A DNA stretch of 64,000 nucleotides from Chthoniobacterales bacterium (GTDB taxonomy: Bacteria > Verrucomicrobiota > Verrucomicrobiia > Chthoniobacterales > Chthoniobacteraceae), in contig JBBQZX010000010.1 of assembly GCA_038207335.1 (NCBI GenBank), forward strand, positions 64,001-128,000. Direction: 5' to 3'. Each line of letters starts with the position of its first letter. The stretch's first letter is position 1. This document shows positions 17,951 to 29,585 of this stretch, piece after piece. The notes below the pieces were generated by a model. The model saw only the letters and a program-made list of their open reading frames with translations. It was not told the DNA's origin and ran no database searches. The position numbers and the translations under genes were made by a program.

Positions 17951-19165
17951 CTACGCGACGGGCAAGGTGAAGGTGAAGGTGCTGCCGCGATTTTCCTCGC
18001 TGGTGACTTCGATCTTCCCGCCATGCGCGGCGACGATTTCGCGGACGATGCTGAGGCCGAGACCACAGCCTTCGCGGGTGCGCGAGAGCTTTTGGTCGGC
18101 TTGAAAAAAGGGGTCGAAGATGTGCCGACGGTCGGCTTCGGAGAGACCGATGCCGTTGTCACTGACGGCGAATTTCACGCCTGCTGATTCCGCGGAAACG
18201 TGCAGTCCGATCTGCTTCTCGGTGCCGGAATATTTGAGCGCATTTTCCAGGAGATTGGTGAGGACCGTGACGAGTGCGTCGCGGTCTCCGCGCACCTCGG
18301 GAAGGCCGCTTTCGATTTCTTCGCGGAACTCGCAGTCGGGAACAGTGAGCCGCGAAGCAAGCATCTGTGAGGCTTGCGCGGCGATCGAGATCGGCGCGAG
18401 CGATGCGAAATCGAATTTCCTACGGCCACTTTCCAACCGCGAGAGGGCTAGAAAATTCTCGGTGAGACGGCTGAGGCGCAGGTTCTCCGCCGCGATGAGA
18501 TCGAGATATTCGGCCTGCTTTTCGGCTTCCGGACAGCGGCCCTCGCGGATGGTATCGACGAGCATCCGCATGGAGCTCAGCGGCGTGCGCAGCTCGTGCG
18601 CGATGGTCGCGAGCGATGTGCTTTTCAATTCATGCAGTCGGAGCTGCCGCGAGACCGTGAGCCCAGCGGCGGCTGCGATGCCGCAGATCGCCACTACCGA
18701 GATGAGCGCGGTCCATGCGTAAATTTTGAACTGGTCGCGCACCTCGTCGCGGATGGCGGAATCATCCACCAGATAGAGCTGCGCCTGCCACGCGGGTGGC
18801 GCGACTTTCAACCACGCCTGCGCGATGAGCCGGCCCGGCGGCGAGGCCGGACCGGCGACAATTTTCCCGCTGTCGTCGCGGATCGCGACCTCGATCTCAC
18901 GGTCGAAAAGCGTGCGGTAAAATGCGCGCACGTCCTCCGATTTTGGCGGCGCGGCGCGCGCGGCGAGATGCTTCGCGAGGGAGGCGTCGGCGCTGCCGAG
19001 CGTCTCGCGATACACATTCGCCGCGCGCTCCATCGCGGCGTCGCGCTCGCCGTGGAGGGCATCGGTCATGAAGCGCAGCATGAGCACCATCGGGATGAAT
19101 GGCACGAGGACGAGCAGCAGCAGGAGCGCGCGAAGCTGCTTGGGTTTGATTTCGTGCGGGGTCAT
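17951..19165 (-). CDS. Membrane sensor histidine kinase
   Basis: Two TM; H-box AHELRTPL, N-box NLLENALKY, DNGIG, GLGLSIV. Confidence 0.95.
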   Translation of the reverse strand: MTPHEIKPKQLRALLLLLVLVPFIPMVLMLRFMTDALHGERDAAMERAANVYRETLGSADASLAKHLAARAAPPKSEDVRAFYRTLFDREIEVAIRDDSGKIVAGPASPPGRLIAQAWLKVAPPAWQAQLYLVDDSAIRDEVRDQFKIYAWTALISVVAICGIAAAAGLTVSRQLRLHELKSTSLATIAHELRTPLSSMRMLVDTIREGRCPEAEKQAEYLDLIAAENLRLSRLTENFLALSRLESGRRKFDFASLAPISIAAQASQMLASRLTVPDCEFREEIESGLPEVRGDRDALVTVLTNLLENALKYSGTEKQIGLHVSAESAGVKFAVSDNGIGLSEADRRHIFDPFFQADQKLSRTREGCGLGLSIVREIVAAHGGKIEVTSEENRGSTFTFTLPVA

Positions 19166-19189
19166 CGGGAAGTGGCTTGCGCGCAGGAT

Positions 19190-19858
19190 TCAGCGGGCGG
19201 GCTCGAGGAGCTTCACGTCGCTGCCCATGTAGTCGCCGACTTGCAGGGCGTTCTTGGATTTGTCGTCGGCGCGCGGGATGTAGCGCTGTGTGGCGGAGCC
19301 GAGCAGCGGGACGATGTGCGCGCTGATGTCGGAATTGACGACGATGGCTTTGCGTCCTTTCCACAAGCCGCCGAGGTCGCCCTCACGGTCGGAGTAATGG
19401 CCGGAGCCGTCGGTGGCATCGGCGATGAGCGGCCACGTCGAGGTGGAGCTGGTGCCGAGGCCTGAGACGTAGGCCCAGTGGTTTTCGCCACGCTCGAGCA
19501 TCTGCGCAGGCGTCTCCAGTTTGTTGTCGGCGCTCGGACCGGCTTTCGACCCGGCCACGGTGAAGACTTTTTCATTGTCGAGATACACCGGGATGAGGCT
19601 GCGGAAGGCGTCGTTGGATGTGACGATTTCCTCTTCGTAGATGTTGCGCTTGGTGGGATAGACGCCGTCGTAGTCGCCGGCATACATGCGCAGCGCGAGG
19701 CCGATTTGGCGCGCGCTGTTGAGCGCCGCGGCCTGTTTGCCGTTCATGATCGCGTTGTTGTAAACGGGCATCGCGATGCCCGCGAGGATGGAGATGATGC
19801 TGATGACGACGAGGAGCTCGATGAGCGTGAACGCCGCCTGGAGGATGCTTTTTTTCAT
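19190..19858 (-). CDS. Prepilin-type N-terminal cleavage/methylation domain protein
   Basis: MKKSILQAA-FTLIELLVVISIISILAGIAMP. Confidence 0.92.
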   Translation of the reverse strand: MKKSILQAAFTLIELLVVISIISILAGIAMPVYNNAIMNGKQAAALNSARQIGLALRMYAGDYDGVYPTKRNIYEEEIVTSNDAFRSLIPVYLDNEKVFTVAGSKAGPSADNKLETPAQMLERGENHWAYVSGLGTSSTSTWPLIADATDGSGHYSDREGDLGGLWKGRKAIVVNSDISAHIVPLLGSATQRYIPRADDKSKNALQVGDYMGSDVKLLEPAR

Positions 19859-20036
19859 GGCACTGAGGGTCTTTCTATGTTGCTGCATTTTTGTGCGCGC
19901 ACCGCGGGATTACGGCGCTGCGATGCGTAAAGACTCCCCTGCCCGTGTTATGGATTCGTTACCGAGCGATGCGGGTTCGGTTCTTTTTTTGGAAAGGTCG
20001 CATTGTGCGCCGCACGGGATTTTGGAGAATCAGGGG

Positions 20037-21128
20037 ATGCGTCCCTCTTTCCCGCTGCTCCTCTGCGCTCTCGTCGGCACCTCATCGCTCCGCGGCGCGG
20101 AGACTCTGCGGGAGACGGCTGGCAAGCGGCTCCTGGTGGGCTGCGCCTTGGCGACGCGCGACCTCGGCGATGCAAAGCTCACCGCGCTGGCGACGGAGCA
20201 GTTCAGCTGCATTACCCCCGAGTATGAGTTCATGCCGGAGAAGCTGGTGGATGACGCCGGAAAGTTCACTTTCGAGACAGCGGATCGCGTGGTCGCGTTT
20301 GCGGAAACGCATCACCTGCCGGTCTTCGGCCACATGCTCGTCTGGCATTTCGTGACACGGAAGTGGCTCTTTGAAAGTCCCGATGGAAAGCCGCTGCCGC
20401 GCGAGAAGGCGCTCGCGAATTTGAAGACATACATCGACGGCGTCGTCGGGCACTACAAAGGGCGGATCAAAGCGTGGGACGTGGTGAACGAGGGCATCAG
20501 CGACAAGGACGGCGAGTATTTGAAGGACACGCCTGCGCTGCGGGCGATCGGCGAGGATTACATCGAGAAGGCGTTCGAGTTCGCGCACGCCGCAGACCTA
20601 CAGGCCGAGCTTTATTACAACGACTACAACATCGAGCAGGGCGGCAAACTCGACCGGACGCTGAAGCTCGTCCATGCGCTCCAGCAGAAAGGCGTGCGGC
20701 TCGATGCAGTGGGAATCCAAGGCCACTGGCTCATCGACTGGCCGCCGACCGACACGATCGAAAAGGCGATCGACGCGCTCGCGGCGACAGGGGTGAAAGT
20801 GATGGTCACGGAAATGGATGTCGATCCGCTGCCGCGCAACGTGAGCGGCGCGGACATGGCGCAGGCGGAAAAAGGTGCGAACCCCTACCCCACCAGCCTG
20901 CCGCCCGAGGTGCAGGCGAAGCTCGCGAAACGCTACGGCGAGATCGTCGCCGCGATCGTGCGGCATCCTTCGGTGACGATGCTCGGCTTCTGGGGAATCC
21001 ACGACGGGCGCTCATGGCTGAACGACTTCCCGGTGAAGGGCCGCACGAATTACCCGTTGCTCTTCGATCGCCAATATCAGCCGAAGCCGGCCTTCGAGGC
21101 CGTAATCAAGGCACTGAAAGCGGTATAA
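20037..21128 (+). CDS. GH10 endo-1,4-beta-xylanase
   Basis: GHMLVWH, WDVVNE, LYYNDYN, GIQGH, VTEMD, NYPLLFD. Confidence 0.93.
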   Translation: MRPSFPLLLCALVGTSSLRGAETLRETAGKRLLVGCALATRDLGDAKLTALATEQFSCITPEYEFMPEKLVDDAGKFTFETADRVVAFAETHHLPVFGHMLVWHFVTRKWLFESPDGKPLPREKALANLKTYIDGVVGHYKGRIKAWDVVNEGISDKDGEYLKDTPALRAIGEDYIEKAFEFAHAADLQAELYYNDYNIEQGGKLDRTLKLVHALQQKGVRLDAVGIQGHWLIDWPPTDTIEKAIDALAATGVKVMVTEMDVDPLPRNVSGADMAQAEKGANPYPTSLPPEVQAKLAKRYGEIVAAIVRHPSVTMLGFWGIHDGRSWLNDFPVKGRTNYPLLFDRQYQPKPAFEAVIKALKAV

Positions 21129-21133
21129 GCCGC

Positions 21134-22915
<1,782 letters not shown>

Positions 22916-22978
22916 TGGTAAAAGGGGCGTGGAAATTAGCGGGCGAGTCGTGCGGTGGCAAGCACGCGGGCTGGGCGA

Positions 22979-23788
22979 CTAAAGAGATATCTGATCACCG
23001 AACAGCCTTTCAAAGTTGGCTTCGATTTGCTGGGCGAGGGCCTCGGAGGAGGCGCCGCGAAGTTCGGCGAGAGTGGTGTAGGCGAGTTCGATGTTCGCGG
23101 GATGGCTGAGCGCTTTTCCGTTGGTGTCGGTGAGCGGGTCGCGTGTACGCGCGGGCGGCGGAGCCATGTCGGGCGCATCGGTCTCGACGAGGAGTCGGTC
23201 GGCGGGGAGGTCGTGGAAGATGTCGCGGATGGCGGCTTTTCTTTCGTGGAGAAAGTAGGACGAAAAGGAGAAGTGCGCGCCGCGGTCCAGGAAGCCTGAG
23301 ACCATCTCGGCGGGGCCGCCGAATGCGTGGAGCAAGAAGCCGCGCGCGGGCACCGGTCGCTCGCGGATCAAGTCCCAGAGCGGGCCCCACGCTTTTAAGC
23401 AGTGGATCGAGGCGGGAAGATTGCGCTCGGCGGCGAGGGCGAGTTGCCACTCGAATGCCTCGATTTGACGCGGCAAATCGTGCGGCTCGATCCAGCGGTC
23501 GAGGCCGATTTCACCGATGCCCGCGCGCGCATGCGCATCGAGTTTTTCGAGCAGGCGCTCGCGCCAAACGGCGGATGCATTTTCGACGAACCACGGATGC
23601 AGCCCGAATGACGGCACGATCCAATCGTGCTCAGCGGCAAGCCGCGCAACGTCGTTCCAATCGGCCTCGCAAGTGCCATTCACGACCGCACGGTATCCGT
23701 CGAGATGCGCGAGCCTCTCGAAAATCTCAGCGCGATGCGGGACGAGGCGCGCATCGTGCAGATGGTTGTGGGCGTCGAGAAAAGTCAC
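22979..23788 (-). CDS. TatD-family metallohydrolase/DNase
   Basis: DAHNH, GLHPW, GEIGLD, SIHC, LLHAF, ETDAP; GTG start overlaps the sufE stop. Confidence 0.92.
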   Translation of the reverse strand: MTFLDAHNHLHDARLVPHRAEIFERLAHLDGYRAVVNGTCEADWNDVARLAAEHDWIVPSFGLHPWFVENASAVWRERLLEKLDAHARAGIGEIGLDRWIEPHDLPRQIEAFEWQLALAAERNLPASIHCLKAWGPLWDLIRERPVPARGFLLHAFGGPAEMVSGFLDRGAHFSFSSYFLHERKAAIRDIFHDLPADRLLVETDAPDMAPPPARTRDPLTDTNGKALSHPANIELAYTTLAELRGASSEALAQQIEANFERLFGDQISL

Positions 23789-24201
23789 GCTCTGAGCGAT
23801 TGCGCCGCGAATTCGCGGATCGCGCGCCGCAGCGATTCGAGGCCGATGCGGCGGGTGTGGGTGAGTTGCGCAGTAAGGCCGAGCTTTTCCAAAATGTCGC
23901 CATCGTGCGCGACGATCTCGACTGGCGGGCAAGCGGTAAACACTTCGCACACCAGCGCCGCGAGACCGCGGACGAGCGTGGACTCGGCATCGACGCGGAA
24001 GTGGCACACCTCGCCGTCGTGGTCGCAAAGCAGCCAGACGCGGGAGATGCAGCCCTGCACGCGGTTGGCCTCGGTGCGGTGCTCAGTGTCGAACGGTGGC
24101 TCATTTTTCACTCGATCGACGACTGCGGCGAGGCGCTCGTGCGCGTCTTCGATGATGCCGATGCGGCGGACGAGGCGCTGCTCGTTTTCAAAGACCAGCA
24201 T
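23785..24201 (-). CDS. sufE: SufE/CsdE-family Fe-S sulfur acceptor
   Basis: NRVQGCISRVWL (conserved Cys), DAESTLVRGL, LTHTRRIGL. Confidence 0.85.
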   Translation of the reverse strand: MLVFENEQRLVRRIGIIEDAHERLAAVVDRVKNEPPFDTEHRTEANRVQGCISRVWLLCDHDGEVCHFRVDAESTLVRGLAALVCEVFTACPPVEIVAHDGDILEKLGLTAQLTHTRRIGLESLRRAIREFAAQSLRA

Positions 24202-24207
24202 CGCGCG

Positions 24208-27200
24208 CTACCGCAGACGGATGAAGACGTCGTCGGTGTCCTGGCCGGACGCGCCGTTGTCGATGAGCGCGGGTCCAGCGGCGAGGTCGATGGCTGCCGC
24301 GCCGGGGATTTTCAAGCTCTTGATCGAGGCGGCTTCGATGACGGACGCGAGCGGATTTCCCGCGTTGTATGCGCCAGTTGCGCCGGTGAAGAATTTCAGA
24401 GCGCCGATGCTGCTGCGGGTTCCGCTAGCAGCGCCGAAGCCGGCGACCGCGTCGGCGTCATCCGCAAATCCGCCCGCACCCGGGGCGATGCCAGCGGCGG
24501 CCGTGGAGGCGATGAAGGCGCCTTTTTTCGACGTGATCGCGGCGATGCTGGCGGAGTGCTGAAAGAGGTCGTCGCCACCACCGATCGCACGGTCTGCGCC
24601 GAGCAGCGCGCCGGCAAGGATCCTGACCGTGTTGATGTCGCCGGCGGCGGTGAGCTTTCCGATGCTGCCGCCCGCTGCGATGACGCTGGAGGTGAGCGCA
24701 CCGGAAACCGTGAGCGCGCCGAGCGACGCATTCCGAAGCCGTCCGGCGGCGGCTTTCGAGGAATCGGCGCTGAGCGCCGCGACGTCGAGCGCCTGCCCTG
24801 CGAGGATCATGCTGTTGGTTAGCGTGCCGAACTCCGAGGTCGTTGAGGTTACTTTGATCGAGCCGATTTTGCCGTCAGAAATGACGCTTAGATTCGACGC
24901 CTGAAAGCCGGTCGCGTCGCCGCCGAGCGTGATATTTCCGATACTTTCGGTCGCGATGTAGGCAGCGAACTGCACCGCGCGCACGTCGGTGCCGGAGTTC
25001 TTTGCGTGGCCGACGGTGATCTTCGTCGCGCCGATGGTCGCGGCGCTGAATGTGACGCCGTCGAGGCCGAGCGCGGCGCCGCCCTGCCCGCCGAGCGACA
25101 CGCTGATATTGCCGATCGAGCCGGGCACATTGCCCGCATCCAGCGCGGTGAATGTGCTGTTGCGAATGCCGGTGAGATCGACGCCGGAAGCGTTTTTATC
25201 GGCGGTGAGTTTCACGCTCAGGTTGCCGATTTTCGCGGCTTGAATGTGGACGTTCTCAATGCCGGTCGTGCTGCCCTGGAGTTTGCCGAGTTTCACGTCG
25301 ATTCCGGAGAAATTCCCGGGCGTCGTGAGTTCGTAGTTTTGCAGGACACCGGAGAGCGTTTTGATTTTTCCGAGCAGCCCATCGGTCGTGACGATTGAGT
25401 GGTCGTTCACGCCGCCGGTCTGCGTGCCGAGGAAGGAAAACGCGGTGATGCCGGCGATGCTCGGCGCGCTGAGCGACCCGTTGAAGGAGCCGCGGATGTT
25501 GAGTTTTTTCAGCGGCGAAAGTGAGACGACGCTGCCGGTGAAATCGCTCGCGACGGTGAAGACGGCGACGCCTTTCGCATCGTCGTCGGTGAGCGTGAGC
25601 GTGCCCGCGAAGCCTTCGCCGCCGTTGCCAACCGTCACTTTCCCGAGGCTGCCCGCTGTGATGCTCGCGCCGGCGAGGAACGCATCGGCATCGAACGCGA
25701 CGACATTTCCCTCGATGACGCTGCCGCTGCTGCCCCAAGAGCCGTCCTCGATGGTCATCGTGCCGACATTGGCAGTGGTGTTTTCGCCGTTGTGCAACTT
25801 ATCGATCTCGAGGATCGCGTAGAAATCGCCGGTCTGGACGTTGAGATTCCCAATCGACTGCGTGGTGCGGATGTAACCGATCGAGTCCCAGCGATGGATG
25901 AGGATATTATCGAGTCCGCCGCCACCGACTCCGCCGGCCGTGCCGTCGCCGATGACGTTGATTTCCACGCCCGCACCGAGGACGTCGTGGATGAGAATAT
26001 TGGGCCGATTATTGTAGGTATCGGAGGCGGTCTTGTTGTTCGGGATATTGTAGGGGAGATTTCCGCCGAGGTGCAGAATCGTATTCGGAGCGATGTCGTA
26101 AAGCCGCAGGGCGATGACGCGCCCGCCGATTTCGAGGTCGGGATCCGTGTCGAAAATACCGCTGCCGAGCGTGCTGTTTTTTGGCAGAAAGAGGGCGCCT
26201 AAATCTTCGCTGAACTCGCCGAGGACTTTGCCGATCGTGGTCGTACCGAGGCCGCTGCCGGCCTGTTTGAGTTCGATGATGACATCCGTTTTCAGGGTTG
26301 TGCCGGAGAGGTAGAGTGTTTCGAGGTCGGCGAAATCGCTCACGCCGTTTTGAAGCACGATCTCCGCTGAGCCCGGCCCGGAAATGCGGACGGTGATCTC
26401 ATCTCCGTCGGCATCGTGGAAAGTGCGTGTGTGTGCGGCATCGACGAACGTATCCGGGAGGAGCTGCGAGGCGAAAAAGTTTGCGCCCTTCGCTGTTGAG
26501 CTTTTGGCACCGCCGAGGTCGCCTTTTCCCGTGTAGGAGCCGGTGACGAAAAGGAGTCCGCTTGGATCGACCGTCGCACCGTGGATTTCGCCGCGTAGGC
26601 TGGTGTCCGAGAAGCCGCCGACGAAGGCGAACGTGCTCGTGAATTCCGCCAGAAAAAATCCGTTCCCGACGAGAGCGATACCGGGGCTTGGATCGAGATC
26701 GAGGGACGAATCTGAGTGGCCAATGAGGTAGATGTGGCCATTCGCGTCGACGGTGACGGCGTCTCCCACATCGCGCCCAGCGCCGCCGAAAGTGATCGCG
26801 TTGAGCAGATCGCCGGCGCTGCCGATCGAAAGCAGGAAGACATCGCCATTTCCTGCGCCTGACTCCGTGAGCTGGAAATCTCCCATCAGCCCGATGAGCG
26901 GCGAGCCGGTGAAGCGCCCGGTGACGAGGAAATTTCCCTGCGGGTCGGCAGTGATCCCTCTCCCGCCGTCATCGCGCGGGCCGTAAATTTCGGTGTGCCA
27001 GATGACAGTTCCGTCGCCGCCGGAAAATTTCGCGATGAATGCGTCGGCGTTGAATGGGGTGCCGTTCAAGCGATCGGGGCTGCCGCCGATATTGAAATCC
27101 GGCGTGCCGTTGAAGTAGCCGGTCGCGCCGATGTCTCCGTTTATATCGTATGCGAGACCGAAGACGAATGCAGCGGAGTCGGTATCTCCGAGTTGCCGCA

Positions 27201-29451
27201 CCCCGTTGAGAACGCCGCTGTTGCTGTATTCCACGATAAAGCCGTTTCCGTTTCCCGTTGCGTGGACCGCCGTTTCGCTGGTGACGCCGGAGCCGAATTC
27301 GAGATCAATGGTATTTTTGAAAGTGCCCGCGATCGCGACGTCTCCGGTCGTCGAGTCATATGCGATCGCTTGCACGAATTCGCTATCGCCAGGCCCGGCG
27401 ATGGCCCCCGCCCAGCCGACCACGCCGAACCTGTCGTAGTGCGCGAGGAAAATATCGCGGTGCTCGCTGCCGGTCGTGGCGTCAGCGTTGTTCAAAACAA
27501 TCGGGCTGCCGGATTCGGTCACGGCAAAGATGGCTTTTCCCTCGAACTCGCCCGCGAGAAAAACGCCGCCTGCACCATCGAGCGTGAGCACGAGCCCGAG
27601 GACAGGGACAGAGCTGTCAAACGTGAAAGTGGTCTGCACCGCCCGCGCCCAGAGGTATGTGCCATCGCTCGAGTAGGAGGCCACGAAAATGTTTCCGCCC
27701 GGGTCGCTGCTCGTGAGATTCGCGACGTTCGGGTCGATTCTCGGGTGTCCGCCGTCATCGAGGAAGCGGACCGGCGGTGCCGGATCGAAATCGACCGTGC
27801 CCGAAAACGTCCCCGCGACATAAACGGTTCCGTCGCCATCCGTGACGATTTGCAGCCCGGTCTGATCGCCTGCGCCGCCGAGCGTGAAGCCGTTTTGCAC
27901 GATCGGCGCGCCCAAATCCCGCGCCGCAAAGCCGTCCGGGAAAAAGCGCGCGACCGCGAAATCCACGCCGCTTTTGCCCTTCACCGTCGTGCTGTCGCCG
28001 TCGGGATTCACTTTGAGAGAGCCGTGAAACGAGGTGCCGAAATAGACGCTGCCGTCCGGGCTCAGCGCGAGCAGCCCGGCACCGTCGGTGCTTCCTTTCG
28101 TCAGAGGCATCGCGGCGTCGAATCCGCCCCCACCGCTGAGCGTGATCAAAACCTGACCGGTCCCGCTGACCGTGAAATCCGTGTCGAAAAACGCTGTCCC
28201 GCGCGTGTCGCTGAGCAGGAAAACTTCACCGTCTGAACGCCGCACGCCAAGCGCCTCGCCGATGACGTCGCTGTTGCCTTCGCCGCTGATTTTGCCCGAG
28301 TCGAGATACGTCCCATCCGGCGCGAGTTTCACGAGGAAGAGGCTGCTGTGGCCGGCGGGCGACGTGAGATTTTGCACGCCCGTGCCGGGATCGAAATCAA
28401 CAGTGCCGAAGAAGCCACCCGTGAAATAGGCATTGCCCGCGGCGTCCGCTGCGACTGCCAGCAGCGTGTTGTCGAAAGCACTCACGTCGAAAGCGCCCGC
28501 CCACTGCCAGTTGCCGCCAGAGTCGATTTTCGCCGCCAAAAGCCCGTCCGAACTCACGCTCGTGAGTGTCACCGGACTCGGCGATGCGGAGAAAGTCACC
28601 GTCCCCTCAAGTCCCGCGCCGATCAGGATGCCGCCGAGCCCGTCGAGTGCGAGCACCGGATGATCGACCACATTCGATGAGCCGACTGGCGAGCCGTTCG
28701 CCGTCGTCTGCGCGACCCATATCGGAAATGCGGGGATCGTCGGCGAATCCGTGTTGTCGAGATTCAGGACGAAAAGATTCGTGTCTCCCGCCTGCCCCGT
28801 CACCGTCACGCCGCTGCCAAAATCGAACGTGGAATTTGGCGACTCCGCGTGGAATGTCCCGGCGATGTAAATGAATCCCGTGCCCGCGACCGCGAGGTCC
28901 GAGCTCGTGAGATCGACTCCAGCCCCCCCAGGTGCTCCGAAGCTCTGAGACCAGACATAGCGGCCCGTCGTGTCCAAACGCACGAGAAAGACATCGGTCG
29001 AATCGCCGAGGTTGAACTGCACGTCCCGCGTGCTGCCGGAATTTCCGACAAGAAACGAAACGAACGAATTGTGCGCGGAATTGAATTCGCCCGAGACGAA
29101 AACGTCCCCGCCCGCCGTCACCGCGATCTGCAAAGTTCCGAGGTCGTCATTCGACGAGTTTATCGGATTCACCCACGCAAGCTGGCCGGTGCTCGTATAT
29201 TTCGCCACGAATCCATCGTGATGCCCTGGCGTCGCCGTCACCAAATAAACGCCCGAGCTGGGATCAAAATCCGCTTTTCCCTCGAAGCTGCCGACGACAT
29301 AGACATTGCCCGCCGCGTCGGTCGCGATGTCGTCCACGATCTGATCCTTCGCCCCGCCGATCCCGGCGGCAAAAGCCAGATTTGCCGGAGCGATGCGCGC
29401 TTCGAGCGGCTCGATGGAGCTGTGGATTCTCTTCTGCGAAAGTGCGTTCAT
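24208..29451 (-). CDS. Large extracellular protein: LEPR-XLL-like N-terminus, SBBP-like beta-propeller repeats, beta-helical C-terminal region
   Basis: SSIEPLEARIAPA; repeated D.AGNVY..G.F.G.(V/A)DFDP units; DADGDEITVRISGPG; Gly/Ile-rich C-terminus. Confidence 0.85.
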   Translation of the reverse strand: MNALSQKRIHSSIEPLEARIAPANLAFAAGIGGAKDQIVDDIATDAAGNVYVVGSFEGKADFDPSSGVYLVTATPGHHDGFVAKYTSTGQLAWVNPINSSNDDLGTLQIAVTAGGDVFVSGEFNSAHNSFVSFLVGNSGSTRDVQFNLGDSTDVFLVRLDTTGRYVWSQSFGAPGGAGVDLTSSDLAVAGTGFIYIAGTFHAESPNSTFDFGSGVTVTGQAGDTNLFVLNLDNTDSPTIPAFPIWVAQTTANGSPVGSSNVVDHPVLALDGLGGILIGAGLEGTVTFSASPSPVTLTSVSSDGLLAAKIDSGGNWQWAGAFDVSAFDNTLLAVAADAAGNAYFTGGFFGTVDFDPGTGVQNLTSPAGHSSLFLVKLAPDGTYLDSGKISGEGNSDVIGEALGVRRSDGEVFLLSDTRGTAFFDTDFTVSGTGQVLITLSGGGGFDAAMPLTKGSTDGAGLLALSPDGSVYFGTSFHGSLKVNPDGDSTTVKGKSGVDFAVARFFPDGFAARDLGAPIVQNGFTLGGAGDQTGLQIVTDGDGTVYVAGTFSGTVDFDPAPPVRFLDDGGHPRIDPNVANLTSSDPGGNIFVASYSSDGTYLWARAVQTTFTFDSSVPVLGLVLTLDGAGGVFLAGEFEGKAIFAVTESGSPIVLNNADATTGSEHRDIFLAHYDRFGVVGWAGAIAGPGDSEFVQAIAYDSTTGDVAIAGTFKNTIDLEFGSGVTSETAVHATGNGNGFIVEYSNSGVLNGVRQLGDTDSAAFVFGLAYDINGDIGATGYFNGTPDFNIGGSPDRLNGTPFNADAFIAKFSGGDGTVIWHTEIYGPRDDGGRGITADPQGNFLVTGRFTGSPLIGLMGDFQLTESGAGNGDVFLLSIGSAGDLLNAITFGGAGRDVGDAVTVDANGHIYLIGHSDSSLDLDPSPGIALVGNGFFLAEFTSTFAFVGGFSDTSLRGEIHGATVDPSGLLFVTGSYTGKGDLGGAKSSTAKGANFFASQLLPDTFVDAAHTRTFHDADGDEITVRISGPGSAEIVLQNGVSDFADLETLYLSGTTLKTDVIIELKQAGSGLGTTTIGKVLGEFSEDLGALFLPKNSTLGSGIFDTDPDLEIGGRVIALRLYDIAPNTILHLGGNLPYNIPNNKTASDTYNNRPNILIHDVLGAGVEINVIGDGTAGGVGGGGLDNILIHRWDSIGYIRTTQSIGNLNVQTGDFYAILEIDKLHNGENTTANVGTMTIEDGSWGSSGSVIEGNVVAFDADAFLAGASITAGSLGKVTVGNGGEGFAGTLTLTDDDAKGVAVFTVASDFTGSVVSLSPLKKLNIRGSFNGSLSAPSIAGITAFSFLGTQTGGVNDHSIVTTDGLLGKIKTLSGVLQNYELTTPGNFSGIDVKLGKLQGSTTGIENVHIQAAKIGNLSVKLTADKNASGVDLTGIRNSTFTALDAGNVPGSIGNISVSLGGQGGAALGLDGVTFSAATIGATKITVGHAKNSGTDVRAVQFAAYIATESIGNITLGGDATGFQASNLSVISDGKIGSIKVTSTTSEFGTLTNSMILAGQALDVAALSADSSKAAAGRLRNASLGALTVSGALTSSVIAAGGSIGKLTAAGDINTVRILAGALLGADRAIGGGDDLFQHSASIAAITSKKGAFIASTAAAGIAPGAGGFADDADAVAGFGAASGTRSSIGALKFFTGATGAYNAGNPLASVIEAASIKSLKIPGAAAIDLAAGPALIDNGASGQDTDDVFIRLR

Positions 29452-29585
29452 TGCGGACTACTCACCCAAAAACCTCAGTTGTCGAAAGAGAATTTCGCGA
29501 AGCAAGGCGCGGCATTTTCAGAAAACGGAAAGTTAGGACAATAGGGTGATTCGAGCGGAGTCGGTTTAGCCTCCTCCGCTATCGC

